NCBI GenBank assembly: GCA_023245335.1
Contig: JAHFKK010000001.1
Span: 235,282 to 299,281 of the forward strand
Origin: Candidatus Gottesmanbacteria bacterium
GTDB taxonomy: Bacteria > Patescibacteriota > Microgenomatia > UBA10105 > UBA927
DNA: 64,000 nt
Direction of reading: 5' to 3'
The position numbers and the translations under genes are program-made. Of this stretch, positions 18,224 through 28,312 are shown one piece after another. Below the pieces are notes generated by a model. It saw nothing but the letters and a program-made list of their open reading frames with translations. It was not told the DNA's origin and did not search any database. The number at the start of each line of letters is the position of its first letter. The first letter of the stretch is position 1.

Positions 18224-18898
18224 TTATTTTTCGCTAATCTTATAACCAAAACCTCTTACAGTTTTTATCAAAGCACTTGCGTTTGCTTTTCCGTCAATCT
18301 TTTTTCGGAGGTGGTTAATATACACCTCAACAAAGTTAGGTATTACTTCGGCATTATAATCCCACACTTGACTCATAATCTGGTCTTTTGTGAGTATTTT
18401 GTCTTTGTGTCTCATGAGATATTCCAGCAAGGCATATTCTTTCCCAGAAAGTTCAATAACTTTCCCCGTACGTTTTACTTCAAATGTATTCGTATCTAGC
18501 GTAAGATCTCCAACTTTTAAAACATTTGAAATAGTATTGAGAGGTCGTCTAGTCAAAGCGCGAATTCTGGCAAGAAGTTCTGCAAATGCAAATGGTTTAG
18601 CGAGATAGTCATCAGCCCCAGCATCGAGTCCTGACACTCGATCCTCAAGCTCATTTTTTGCTGTCAACATGATAATTGGAGTGTGGATGTGTTTTTCTCG
18701 AAGTTTCTTACTTACTACTGTTCCCTCCATCTGAGGGAGCATACGATCAAGAATAATGAGATCGTATTTCGTCATTTCAGCATAGCCATACCCTTCAGCT
18801 CCATCGTAAACAATATCAACGACGTGTGACTCATGTTCCAGTCCTTGTTTTATTGCTGCTGCAAGTTTATGGTCATCTTCTACAACTAGAATTCTCAT
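18224..18898 (-). CDS. OmpR-family response regulator
   Basis: Receiver domain MRILVVEDD...DLIILDRMLP plus a winged-helix C-terminus. Confidence 0.85.
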   Translation of the reverse strand: MRILVVEDDHKLAAAIKQGLEHESHVVDIVYDGAEGYGYAEMTKYDLIILDRMLPQMEGTVVSKKLREKHIHTPIIMLTAKNELEDRVSGLDAGADDYLAKPFAFAELLARIRALTRRPLNTISNVLKVGDLTLDTNTFEVKRTGKVIELSGKEYALLEYLMRHKDKILTKDQIMSQVWDYNAEVIPNFVEVYINHLRKKIDGKANASALIKTVRGFGYKISEK

Positions 18899-19125
18899 AC
18901 CTTATATTATATTGATTTCAGCTTAAATTAACCTTAATGGTTTTGCGCTACGTAAACACACGATTTATGCTGATTTTGCCTCAATAATCGGTGATTTATG
19001 GATAACTATATGAAAATACGTCATTTGGTTCTCACACAGTCCTTTTTATAGTGTCTTATTTGTCTCATTTTTGATAAAATTAGCCTGGAGTTGCCTTTTG
19101 GAGTGAGACAGTATTATAAGGACAG

Positions 19126-19186
19126 TTGGGTTCCAGACCCAGGTGTTCCGCAGGAGGTCTTTGGTTACTCCAGGGCGCATCTACGG
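19126..19186 (+). repeat. degenerate copy of the tRNA-Ser(GGA) 3' end (T arm to acceptor 3' strand) plus about 35 nt of its trailer
   Basis: Hand alignment to 13662..13720: 32/40 identical from TTCCGCAG through TCTAC, plus T-arm GGGTTC..CCC matches. Confidence 0.6.
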
Positions 19187-19189
19187 AAT

Positions 19190-19738
19190 CTATTTTTTTC
19201 GAGACAAAAAACGATTGGTAGTATAGATCGTATTTGCGTCGTTTTGCTTATTGCTCACTAGGTAAAAATCAGTAAAAACTAACTCCTTACAATTGGAAAG
19301 CTCATCAATAACTGCTTGCTGATAATCTTTTGGCACGAACCAAACCACCTTTGTATATGGTGTCGCCACGGTATTATCTCCAACTCTATTTCTGACAAAC
19401 GCTACGAGTTCTTTTGTCTGTTCCAGTCCAAACTCAATTGCAATATGCTCAGTTCCAGGCATTGTTACCTCGTCTTTTACAAAAGTTTTTTTAGCACGCA
19501 ACTTGACGGGAAGGAACAGTCCCAAATCGTATAAAAGATCAAGCTCTTCTCGAACATCGCGGATTGAGGCGTCACGTATAAACGTGAGAGTTAAGTGTCT
19601 AAAAATATCATATCTTAAGTTAGGATTTGGTTTGTTACTATATTTTTTTTCCAGAGCATCAAAATATCCTTCTTGTTCTTGAGAGAGTCGACCAAATATT
19701 CCAAGAACTTTTATTGTATTTGATGATAGTTCAAGCAT
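19190..19738 (-). CDS. hypothetical protein, weak 2H-phosphoesterase (LigT-like) resemblance
   Basis: One HxTx motif (HLTLTF); the second is degenerate (HIAI). AT-rich. Confidence 0.4.
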   Translation of the reverse strand: MLELSSNTIKVLGIFGRLSQEQEGYFDALEKKYSNKPNPNLRYDIFRHLTLTFIRDASIRDVREELDLLYDLGLFLPVKLRAKKTFVKDEVTMPGTEHIAIEFGLEQTKELVAFVRNRVGDNTVATPYTKVVWFVPKDYQQAVIDELSNCKELVFTDFYLVSNKQNDANTIYTTNRFLSRKK

Positions 19739-19837
19739 GGGTATATTATTTAATTTCTATTTTAGCAGATATTTATTTAGTAGAGCCGAACGAGGTTCCA
19801 GACCTAGCTACCTCAGAGTTGCAAAGATTTTCGCCCT

Positions 19838-21151
19838 CTATAATATTTCCAAAAAGTTTTGCGTTAGGGCTGAATAGACGCTGAGGATGTGGTTGATGTT
19901 GGCGGACGTCGTAGCGGACGTTGGTAAAGGTGTGGGGGTATTAGACACGGGGGTAGGAGTCGAAGCGCTTCCGGGTGTTGGTGTTGGAGCAGAGGTGTCG
20001 GGTGTCGGTGTCGGTGCGGGCGCAGACGAACTGCTAAAAACGACGCTCGGATTGTGGTTATTGGGGTCGGTTACTGTAAATGAACTTGTTGTGTCTTGTA
20101 CGGTTAACGCGACCGTACCCGCTGCTGCTGAAGTCACCGTGAAGCTCCCCTGTCCGTTTTGAACCAGAAACACCGCAGGTGAAGCGCCTCCGTTTATCTG
20201 TGTTCCAGAATCTCCGGAGTTTAAGGATACTCGTATCGAGTCGGAAGACACCGGATTTTTATTACAATCGCGGATGGCGACCGCAAATGTCACGGTGGAG
20301 CTAGAAGCGGCAGATACGGGAGAGGCCGGATACACGTCGGAATACCAGGAGTTGGGTGTGCCGCCCGAAGTAGTGCAGTTGGCGTTACCGGAACTGTTGT
20401 TGCCGAAGGTGATGCTTGGGTTGTGGTATCCGGGAGTGGTAACGGGGAAATTCTGGTTCGTATCGGTTATGAGAAACGTGTCTGTGCCGGCAGTTTGGGA
20501 TGTCACCGTAAATGATGCCTTGCCGTTTTGGGCCTGAATAGTTACCGGCAGGGACTGACCGTTTGCTTTCGCCGTTTGGTCACCTGTTTGCTGGGTGATC
20601 CGGAGGTTGTCATTTGAAGCAAGGTTGTTGTTGCAGTCGCGGAGTTCGATCGTGATGGTGACTGTGGAGCCAACCTGTGCAGTACTTGACGATAGATAGA
20701 CCTGTGAGTTGGTTGAGGTCGCAGTGCCGGGGCAGGGTAGAGTTGTTGATGAAGAAACGGTGAAGGGGGGAGGCGTCGGATACGGCAGCATGGTCGGCAA
20801 CGCCGCCGGAAGCGGATAGGACAGTGGTGTAAACGACGTGTCGCCCGCTCCGTTATTGCCGACGGAATAATCAGATGTGCCTAAAACGTTTATGTCGGGA
20901 GGAGTTGCGGCAAGAGTCGGCAGTGTGATACCTGATCCGGTGGCATTGTGGACGTCGTACGGAGTAGCTTTTTTGCTTGTTTCAATTTGGGCGAGTATCT
21001 GGTTTCGTGCCTTTGTTGCCAGGATACCAAATCCAGTCAGGGAAAATGCGAGGATGCATGAGACCGCTATAAGAATCTTATGTCTAACAACGAGTGAAAC
21101 TATTTGATTTCTCGCTTGAGATAAACGCTGGAAGTTTGGCATACTGACCAT
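19838..21151 (-). CDS. cell-surface protein with N-terminal anchor, two tandem about 95-aa Ig-like (Big-type) repeats and a Pro/Thr-rich C-terminal region
   Basis: Internal duplication TVTITIELRDCNNN.../TVTFAVAIRDCNKN.... PT linker APAPTPTPDTSAPTPTPGSASTPTP. The start was moved to an internal ATG (21151) because the track start abuts the divergent gene at 21288. Confidence 0.55.
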   Translation of the reverse strand: MVSMPNFQRLSQARNQIVSLVVRHKILIAVSCILAFSLTGFGILATKARNQILAQIETSKKATPYDVHNATGSGITLPTLAATPPDINVLGTSDYSVGNNGAGDTSFTPLSYPLPAALPTMLPYPTPPPFTVSSSTTLPCPGTATSTNSQVYLSSSTAQVGSTVTITIELRDCNNNLASNDNLRITQQTGDQTAKANGQSLPVTIQAQNGKASFTVTSQTAGTDTFLITDTNQNFPVTTPGYHNPSITFGNNSSGNANCTTSGGTPNSWYSDVYPASPVSAASSSTVTFAVAIRDCNKNPVSSDSIRVSLNSGDSGTQINGGASPAVFLVQNGQGSFTVTSAAAGTVALTVQDTTSSFTVTDPNNHNPSVVFSSSSAPAPTPTPDTSAPTPTPGSASTPTPVSNTPTPLPTSATTSANINHILSVYSALTQNFLEIL

Positions 21152-21287
21152 TGCGGTGAAAAGTATACCACTCTGGTTAGATTTTGATACCTCAAACGAT
21201 AGGTAGTCACCGCAGTAGGATATGGAACCAATCGAGATTTGATATATAATACTCAAACGAGCGGAATGGGAGCTCCACATACTACAT

Positions 21288-22142
21288 ATGCAAATTGCAG
21301 TTGCTGATCAGCGCATGCTCATACTCGCAACACAATTGTCCGCAGACGACGCGAAGAAAAAAGCATGGGAGAAAAAGACCGTCGCGTTTGATGCCATAAG
21401 TCAGGTCACGAGTCTTTTTTCCCGTCCCAAAGACGAAGATTTCGAACTCCTCTACAGTGAATTCCGATATCAGCCCTTTTGGCATGTGTTAGCACACGCG
21501 AAATATGTGTACGATCGCAGTAATACCTACCAGGTCGCGACCAATGCGCCCGAAGTACAAACGGTGACGTTTCAGAAAACAGACTACGAGGTGACCAACG
21601 GTCATGTTCATATTGCCGTCTTGGAGCACTGTCACGAAGAGGAGCAATATGAAGTATTTGTCGACGGGCTCACCGGCAAAGTGCTTGATGACCTTAAGAG
21701 ATATAAGAGTTTTTCTACCATCGTCGTGAAAGGCGCGCCGGAGAAGCAGGCGCCCAAAGGAGCAATTTTTGTCCCGCCGCAGGCACGAGTATCCGGTATC
21801 ATGCGTGAAGCACTGTCCAAGATGATCAAAAGCATTCAGGCAGATACGATTCTCACGGAAGACGTCAACGTGCCGAGTGTCGATCTCTATTACCGTCCGG
21901 TCTATGCCTTTCAGTATCGATGGAAGACCAAGGGAAAAGACGCGATTGTCGAAATAGACGGCGTGACGGGTGAGGTACGAAATGGCCTGCGGATATTTAA
22001 AGAATATTTCGGCAAGGTCGTGGATCGTAATTTCTTATTTGATATCGGGGCAGATGCCGCTGGAATTTTTATCCCCGGCGGAAGTATTGCCGTCAAGGTC
22101 GCTAAACGCTATATCGACAGCAAAAAAACGAAAAATAAGTAA
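21288..22142 (+). CDS. hypothetical protein
   Basis: ATG start, no recognisable motif. Confidence 0.5.
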   Translation: MQIAVADQRMLILATQLSADDAKKKAWEKKTVAFDAISQVTSLFSRPKDEDFELLYSEFRYQPFWHVLAHAKYVYDRSNTYQVATNAPEVQTVTFQKTDYEVTNGHVHIAVLEHCHEEEQYEVFVDGLTGKVLDDLKRYKSFSTIVVKGAPEKQAPKGAIFVPPQARVSGIMREALSKMIKSIQADTILTEDVNVPSVDLYYRPVYAFQYRWKTKGKDAIVEIDGVTGEVRNGLRIFKEYFGKVVDRNFLFDIGADAAGIFIPGGSIAVKVAKRYIDSKKTKNK

Positions 22143-22147
22143 GCCCT

Positions 22148-22621
22148 ATGATTACCTGTACATTTGAAAACGGAGGTGCGGCAAGTCTGCGGCACGTCGT
22201 TGTCCATGCGATCGTAGAAAAAGACAAAAAACTTCTCCTGGTGAAGCGGGCACGAACCCTTTCTCTTGAAGGGGGTAAATGGGCGTTGCCCGGCGGATTT
22301 CTGGGCCGCGATGAAACGGCGGCACAAGGAGCACTCCGTGAATTAAAAGAAGAAACCGGCTGGGAGGGAGAGAGTGCCGAAGTGTTTCTTATCAAGACAA
22401 ATCCTGACCGCCCGCACGAAGACCGGCAGAATGTCGCATTTAACTTCATAATTACACCTACGATTCAAACGGGAGTGAGAGATTCGGAATCAACTGAAGT
22501 TGCTTGGATTTCTTTCGATGCGCTTCCCTCTTTGGATTCATTTGCGTTTGATCACGGTGAAGCAATCAGTATGTATATGAAGCATCGAAAATCCCCGATG
22601 CCGCTCCCTATTGTCGTTTGA
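22148..22621 (+). CDS. NUDIX hydrolase
   Basis: GGFLGRDETAAQGALRELKEETGW. Confidence 0.8.
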   Translation: MITCTFENGGAASLRHVVVHAIVEKDKKLLLVKRARTLSLEGGKWALPGGFLGRDETAAQGALRELKEETGWEGESAEVFLIKTNPDRPHEDRQNVAFNFIITPTIQTGVRDSESTEVAWISFDALPSLDSFAFDHGEAISMYMKHRKSPMPLPIVV

Positions 22622-22668
22622 ATAGACCGTACGGACGTTTCGTGATATTCTTCGGCTGGCGAAATCAT

Positions 22669-24471
22669 ATGAGTGATATAGAGGAAATCAAGTCACGACT
22701 AAGCATTGTCGACATCGTCGGTGAGCGCGTGACGCTCAAAAAAGCCGGGCGAAATTTCAAAGGTCTGTGTCCGTTCCATACGGAAAAAACTCCGTCGTTT
22801 ATCGTTTCTCCTGACCGGCAGACATTCCATTGTTTCGGGTGCGGGAAGGGCGGATCTATCTTTGATTTCGTCATGCTTTTCGATCATGTGGACTTCCCGG
22901 AGGCCCTCGAGACACTTGCCGAGCGGGCGGGAGTGAAGTTGGAGCGTCGTCCCACGGATACACCGGAAGCCAAACTCCGCCAAAAAATACTTGAAGTCAA
23001 TCATCTGACGAGTGAGTACTACCATTATCTATTGACGAAGCACAAAGTGGGAGAACATGCCCGGCGGTACCTCAAAGGCCGCGGAGTGAGCGACAAATCC
23101 ATCGAAACATTTAGTTTGGGATACAGTCCGAACGATTGGGATGGATTGTCGACGTACCTAAGGAAAAAAGGATATGAGGACCGCTTGTTGGAAACTGCGG
23201 GATTGGTCATCCCAGGAAGTCGCGGGGTGTATGATCGCTTTCGGGGACGAGTGATGTTTACCCTTAAAGATCATCGCGGAAACGTTGTCGGATTTTCCGG
23301 TCGGGTCTTTGACCCCCCTTCGCACAATGCTTCGGAGGGGCAGGTGCAAGCAAAGTATATTAATACTTCGGAAACTCCGGTCTATATCAAGGGCAAAGTT
23401 CTCTATGCACTTGACGTCACGAAAGATGCGATACAGAAGGCAAACGAAGTAATTGTCATGGAGGGCGAGCTGGATGTCATTTCTTCTTTTCAGGCGGGGA
23501 TTTCAAACGTCGTTGCCATCAAAGGATCCGCGGTAACGGAGGATCATGCTCGGCTTCTCCGGCGGTTTACCGAGCGGTTGGTATTTGCGCTCGACAGTGA
23601 TCTTGCGGGTGATGCCGCCGCACGGCGGGGCATAGAGATAGCAGAGAAAAACGGATTTGATATGCGGGTCGTCACTATGCCGAGCGGCAAGGATCCTGAT
23701 GAGGCGGCCCGGGAAAACCCGGGACTTCTCAAAAAAGCAGTCAAAGATGCCGCGCCCATATATGATTATTTTTTGTCATCTGCGGTCAAGCGGTTTGATG
23801 TCGCGACATCGTTCGGAAAGAAAAAAATATCAGAGGAGTTTTTGCCGGTATTGGCAAAGATAGAGAACCCCATTGTCCTTGGCCACTACGTCCGGGAACT
23901 AGCGACAATGTTGTCTCTTTCGGAAGACTCGGTACAGGACGCACTAACGAAGCTTCGTTCTTCGAAAGGAAGGTCCCTTACTGAGGCCGCCCCGGATTTG
24001 CCCGGGGAGGCGAAACTGACGAGATTGGAACGGGCAGAGTTATATCTGTTGTCGCTTGTCCTCCAGGGGAAGACAGTGAAGCTTTTTGAGGACCTTTGTA
24101 TTGCAATTCCTCTTACTAATTTCCACTATTTGCCGGTTAAAGCAATAACCGAGCGGTTAGGGAAATTTTTGCCGGATCACAAGACGTTTCTGGCGAAAGA
24201 CTTTGCTGATACGCTCCCTCCGGAGTTGCTCCCGGTGTTTGACCAGGCGTTTTTGTGGGACATTTCGAGCTTTTTAGAGGATGACGAACGGTTTTCCCGA
24301 GAGTGGGGCAAGGCGACTTATGAGGTCAAACGGCTGGGTTTGCGGGGCCGCATGGAGGATATCGCGGCTAAATTGCATGATTCCACACTCACCAACGACC
24401 AATACAGTACGCTTCAGGAAGAGATGCGGGAGCTGACGACTGCGCTTTCCAGTCTAGAAAAAGGCCGTTAA
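22669..24471 (+). CDS. dnaG: DNA primase
   Basis: CHC2 zinc finger CPFHTEKTPSF...HCFGCGKGG and TOPRIM motifs (MEGELDV, LDSDLAGD). Start at the ATG 22669; the track start is a TTG overlapping the upstream stop. Confidence 0.9.
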   Translation: MSDIEEIKSRLSIVDIVGERVTLKKAGRNFKGLCPFHTEKTPSFIVSPDRQTFHCFGCGKGGSIFDFVMLFDHVDFPEALETLAERAGVKLERRPTDTPEAKLRQKILEVNHLTSEYYHYLLTKHKVGEHARRYLKGRGVSDKSIETFSLGYSPNDWDGLSTYLRKKGYEDRLLETAGLVIPGSRGVYDRFRGRVMFTLKDHRGNVVGFSGRVFDPPSHNASEGQVQAKYINTSETPVYIKGKVLYALDVTKDAIQKANEVIVMEGELDVISSFQAGISNVVAIKGSAVTEDHARLLRRFTERLVFALDSDLAGDAAARRGIEIAEKNGFDMRVVTMPSGKDPDEAARENPGLLKKAVKDAAPIYDYFLSSAVKRFDVATSFGKKKISEEFLPVLAKIENPIVLGHYVRELATMLSLSEDSVQDALTKLRSSKGRSLTEAAPDLPGEAKLTRLERAELYLLSLVLQGKTVKLFEDLCIAIPLTNFHYLPVKAITERLGKFLPDHKTFLAKDFADTLPPELLPVFDQAFLWDISSFLEDDERFSREWGKATYEVKRLGLRGRMEDIAAKLHDSTLTNDQYSTLQEEMRELTTALSSLEKGR

Positions 24472-24586
24472 ATACGCTAGAATAGCCCTAAGCGAAGTCC
24501 ATTTGTCCACATCGATACCTGTTGCTGGCTCAATCGCCCGCAACGCCTGAGCGTAGCGATGGCGGGCGGGGATTCTCGGAGGATAT

Positions 24587-25678
24587 ATGCAAAAATCCAA
24601 AAAATCGGAGGGTGGTGCCGTCAACCTCATTAAACAAGGTAAGTCAAACGGATTTGTCACACAAGAAGACATTCTGACCTTGTTTCCCAAACCGGAAGAT
24701 CACATTGTAGACCTCGATCATTTGTATGACCAGCTTATCCGAAGCGGTGTAGACGTCTTTGAGACGACGAGTGCGGATATCGAGCAGGAAGCGCGGAAAA
24801 GTATTGCGGATCTCGAGAAGGAGATAGAGGCGCTGGTGCGTGCAAGCGATGAGGGTATTTCCGATCCGGTCCGCATGTACCTAAAAGAAATCGGACGCAT
24901 ACCGCTTCTTACCTTTGCAGACGAAATCAGCCTCGCTAAGCGTTATGAAAAAGGGGACCGCAGAGCGAAAAAGAAACTCATTGAATCAAATCTTAGATTG
25001 GTTGTCTCTATCGCAAAGAAATACATCGGTCGGGGTATGAGTCTTCTCGATCTTATCCAAGAAGGAAACCAGGGACTTATCCGGGCCGTCGAAAAATACG
25101 ATTGGCGCAAAGGCTATAAGTTCAGCACCTACGCCACATGGTGGATCCGGCAGGCGATCACCCGCGCCATTGCAGATCAGGCCCGCACGATCCGTATCCC
25201 TGTTCATATGGTTGAGACGATTAATCGGTTTGCCCGCATAAGCCGGAGGCTCATGCAGGACCTAGGACGGGAGCCGATGCCGGAAGAAATCGCGAAAGCG
25301 ATGGAAGTAGACGTCGTTAAAGTCCGGGAGATTATGAAAGTGTCTCAGGAACCGACCAGTCTGGAAACGCCGGTTGGTGACGAAGAGGATTCTCATCTCG
25401 GGGATTTCATCTCAGACCCGGGTCCGACCCCGTACGATCAGACATCACGGCAGCTTCTCAAGGAACATATGGAAGAAGTGCTCGCAACGCTTTCTGATCG
25501 GGAGAAAAAAGTCTTGATTTTGCGTTTCGGTTTGGAAGACGGCAGACCCAGAACGCTCGAGGAAGTCGGCGCACAATTCGGTGTCACCCGGGAGCGCATC
25601 CGGCAGATTGAAGCCAAGGCCCTCCGTAAATTACGGCATCCCAGCCGCAGTAAGAAGTTGAAAGATTACCTCGAATAA
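24587..25678 (+). CDS. rpoD: RNA polymerase sigma-70 factor
   Basis: Region 2 [18 protein letters not shown]...[28 protein letters not shown] and region 4 helix-turn-helix. GGAGG SD. Confidence 0.9.
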   Translation: MQKSKKSEGGAVNLIKQGKSNGFVTQEDILTLFPKPEDHIVDLDHLYDQLIRSGVDVFETTSADIEQEARKSIADLEKEIEALVRASDEGISDPVRMYLKEIGRIPLLTFADEISLAKRYEKGDRRAKKKLIESNLRLVVSIAKKYIGRGMSLLDLIQEGNQGLIRAVEKYDWRKGYKFSTYATWWIRQAITRAIADQARTIRIPVHMVETINRFARISRRLMQDLGREPMPEEIAKAMEVDVVKVREIMKVSQEPTSLETPVGDEEDSHLGDFISDPGPTPYDQTSRQLLKEHMEEVLATLSDREKKVLILRFGLEDGRPRTLEEVGAQFGVTRERIRQIEAKALRKLRHPSRSKKLKDYLE

Positions 25679-25808
25679 TATCCACTGACCGTTCAGAGGA
25701 AATGAATTATTGAATACATGAGGAGTGTGAATTCTCCTACAACGACGACTGATAACGGTGCCACCATTACCATAACTCGGCAAACGAAGAGACGAAGAGT
25801 ATAAATTA

Positions 25809-25841
25809 CCCAGCCCCTCGTGAGGGGCTGGGTTTTGTTTT
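25809..25841. terminator. bidirectional rho-independent terminator between rpoD and typA
   Basis: CCCAGCCCCTC-GTGA-GGGGCTGGG followed by TTTTGTTTT. Confidence 0.8.
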
Positions 25842-25921
25842 CAGCCCGAATACGTTATGGACACACCCATGTAGTGATATCTCACATGAAACAAGGAAAG
25901 GGGATGTGGGGATCGTTCTAT

Positions 25922-27751
25922 TTATTTGCTTCCACGATCAGCGCGGACGCGATTTACTTTTGAGAGATGAAGCTTCCGGAGTCGCAGATTAAGAGGTGTA
26001 ATTTCCAGAAGTTCATCATCCTCTATAAAGTCCAAACATTGTTCCAAGCTAAGGGTAATAGGCGGATCCAGTTGGATGGCGACATCCGCATTTGCCGAAT
26101 GGATGTTCGTCAGTTTTTTGATTTTACAGACGTTGATGTCGATATCTTCTGTTTTGTTATTGAGGCCGATAATCATACCCTCATAGATGGGCACGCCCGG
26201 CCCGATCAATGCTTTGCCCCGTTCCTGGACTGTCGTCAGGGCGTACCCTGTTGATTTGCCTGTTTCGAGTGAAATGAGGACGCCGTTACGGACCTTGTCC
26301 TTTTTCGGTGTCAAAGGGAAGTATCCTATGATCCGGGTTGCGATGATGCCGCTTCCGCGGGTTTTGGTTTGGATTTCTCCCCGGAACCCCAAGAGATTTC
26401 TTGTTGAGATTTTGTATAACATCTTCGTAACCCCTTTATCGTTGGTGCGGGTATCAATGAGCTCTCCGTGGCGTTTGCCCATTTCTTCCGTAATGATGCC
26501 TATAAGCGATGATTCAAGTTCTACCGTGAGTTCTTCATATGGTTCTGAAAGTACACCATCTATGGTTTTGAGAATGACCTCCGGTTTACCGACCTGGCAT
26601 TCAAATCCTTCACGGCGCATTGTTTCCAAGAGGACAGCGATATGAAGTTCACCTCTTCCGGAAACCAAAAAACCATTACTCGTCGGACTCGGTTCTATTT
26701 TTAGTCCAATGTTGGTCTGGATTTCGCGTGAGAGCCGATCGGCAAGCTGTGTCGGCGTACCGAATTTGGATTCCTTGCCGGCGAAAGGCGATGTGTTCGG
26801 ACCGACTAATACTTTGAGTGTGGGTTCCTCTATTTCCATATGGGGAAATCCCGTCGGGTCCGTGGGGTCAGCAAGGGTTTGTCCTATAGAAAGAGCGTCG
26901 CTTCCGGTAATGGCGATAATGTCACCGGTTGTTGCCTGGTCGGCGGGAACACGTTTCAGCCCAACGCTTGTGGATACTTCTTCGACGCGGAATGTTCCGC
27001 GCGGTGTGTGCTCATCCAAAATAACGAGCGTGTCGCCTTTTTTGACGCTTCCCTGACTCACCTTGCCGATGGCAAATTTCCCCTTGTGGGACTCAAAGTC
27101 CAGTGTGGTGATAAGCATTTTAAATGGTTTATCCAGATCTCCTTGCGGAGCAGGGATGTGCTTCAAAATTGCGGTAAACAGCGGTTCCAGGTTTCCAGGC
27201 TCATCGGGGGATTGTGGGAGATGATCCCAGACTTTTTCGTCCCGGCCAATAGCATAAAGAATAGGGAAGTTCAAATGATCTTCATGGTGGGCTAAATGTA
27301 AAAAAAGCTCTTCAATTTCGTGGAGAACCTCTTGGGGTCTCGCATCTTTGCGGTCGATTTTATTGATGACCACGATGACGGGAAGATTATGCTCCATGGC
27401 TTTTTGTAACACAAAATAAGTTTGTGGAAGCGGCCCCTCGGCGGCGTCAACGATGAGGAGCGCGCCGTCAGCCATATTGATGACCCGTTCGACCTCTCCG
27501 GAGAAGTCCGCATGTCCCGGGGTATCAATGATGTTGATTTTGGTTTTGTGATACATGACCGAGGTATTTTTGGCGAGTATTGTGATGCCCTTTTCCCGTT
27601 CAAGATCATTACTGTCGAGAATAGTGCTTTGTTGCATCGCAGCCTCGTTTTCGCGGAACGTATGCGTCTGTTTAAGCATGCCGTCCACGAGAGTGGTTTT
27701 ACCATGATCCACGTGCGCGATTATCGCGATATTTCGTATATCGATATTCAT
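25922..27751 (-). CDS. typA: translational GTPase TypA/BipA
   Basis: [17 protein letters not shown]...DTPGHADF and overall TypA-like layout, 609 aa. Confidence 0.9.
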   Translation of the reverse strand: MNIDIRNIAIIAHVDHGKTTLVDGMLKQTHTFRENEAAMQQSTILDSNDLEREKGITILAKNTSVMYHKTKINIIDTPGHADFSGEVERVINMADGALLIVDAAEGPLPQTYFVLQKAMEHNLPVIVVINKIDRKDARPQEVLHEIEELFLHLAHHEDHLNFPILYAIGRDEKVWDHLPQSPDEPGNLEPLFTAILKHIPAPQGDLDKPFKMLITTLDFESHKGKFAIGKVSQGSVKKGDTLVILDEHTPRGTFRVEEVSTSVGLKRVPADQATTGDIIAITGSDALSIGQTLADPTDPTGFPHMEIEEPTLKVLVGPNTSPFAGKESKFGTPTQLADRLSREIQTNIGLKIEPSPTSNGFLVSGRGELHIAVLLETMRREGFECQVGKPEVILKTIDGVLSEPYEELTVELESSLIGIITEEMGKRHGELIDTRTNDKGVTKMLYKISTRNLLGFRGEIQTKTRGSGIIATRIIGYFPLTPKKDKVRNGVLISLETGKSTGYALTTVQERGKALIGPGVPIYEGMIIGLNNKTEDIDINVCKIKKLTNIHSANADVAIQLDPPITLSLEQCLDFIEDDELLEITPLNLRLRKLHLSKVNRVRADRGSK

Positions 27752-27934
27752 ATATCTCTATTGGGGTTCGTCAACGGAGTGATCGGGCAAGGAACCAAAT
27801 GAGGACCCACCTGCAACACGGCCATTACGAATACCATAGTATACCAGGAATGAGGCTAACTGGTCAATGTAGACTATAGGATTGTATTCGTCTCTCTTTG
27901 CATACATCCGACGATATTGTATTATGGAATACAT

Positions 27935-28306
27935 ATGACAGTAGAAGAAGCGTGGAATCGGGGAAATAATCTCGTAGCGACGGCGACACTTGCGCTTGCC
28001 GGAATCGCATTCTTTCCCGAGGCGTTTTTGGAGCCGGAGCAGCCGTTTAAGATCGACGATATTCTGTTGTTTGTCCTTGGGGTAGGCGCGGTCGGCTGGT
28101 ACAAAAAAGCAAATAACCGGTATGTCCGATCAGCCGTCCCCGTCATCCTGACCATTCTGGGGCTCTTCGTGAAAATTGTCGGGGTCCTTATTGAGTTTAA
28201 AGACAAAGAAGATGTCGGAGATGACTTTGGCGGATTAATATTGTTTCTGGCGGCAACAATTCTTGTCGTCTTTTTATATTTCAGATCCCGTGCGCCGAAG
28301 AAGTGA
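27935..28306 (+). CDS. hypothetical membrane protein
   Basis: First ATG of a TTG-initiated ORF; 3 TM segments. Confidence 0.45.
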   Translation: MTVEEAWNRGNNLVATATLALAGIAFFPEAFLEPEQPFKIDDILLFVLGVGAVGWYKKANNRYVRSAVPVILTILGLFVKIVGVLIEFKDKEDVGDDFGGLILFLAATILVVFLYFRSRAPKK

Positions 28307-28312
28307 CAGACG

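Larger units (their letters stand above)
13687..19122. mobile_element. putative tRNA-Ser-associated low-GC genomic island (no integrase detected)
   Basis: GC is visibly lower (about 27-43% in sampled lines) than in flanking DNA (about 50-55%). The block is bounded by the tRNA-Ser 3' end and a degenerate repeat of its T-arm plus trailer at 19126..19186. Confidence 0.45.

Noticed and set aside
19123-19160. Considered that 19100..19190 might encode an intact tRNA or tmRNA-like gene, because of the T-arm-like TTGGG-TTCCAGA-CCCAG.
   Set aside because: No matching acceptor 5' strand, D arm or anticodon arm exists upstream on either strand, and the T-loop deviates from TTCRANY. It is better explained as a decayed 3' fragment of a tRNA-Ser.
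19785-19797. The 11-mer GGTTCCAGACC shared between the tRNA remnant at 19126 and a site just past the 19190..19738 gene. Considered as a second att-like direct repeat pair flanking that gene.
   Set aside because: An 11-13-nt match at about 650-bp distance is within chance expectation for a 64-kb window (several such pairs are expected). It is mentioned only as a weak hint in the island finding.
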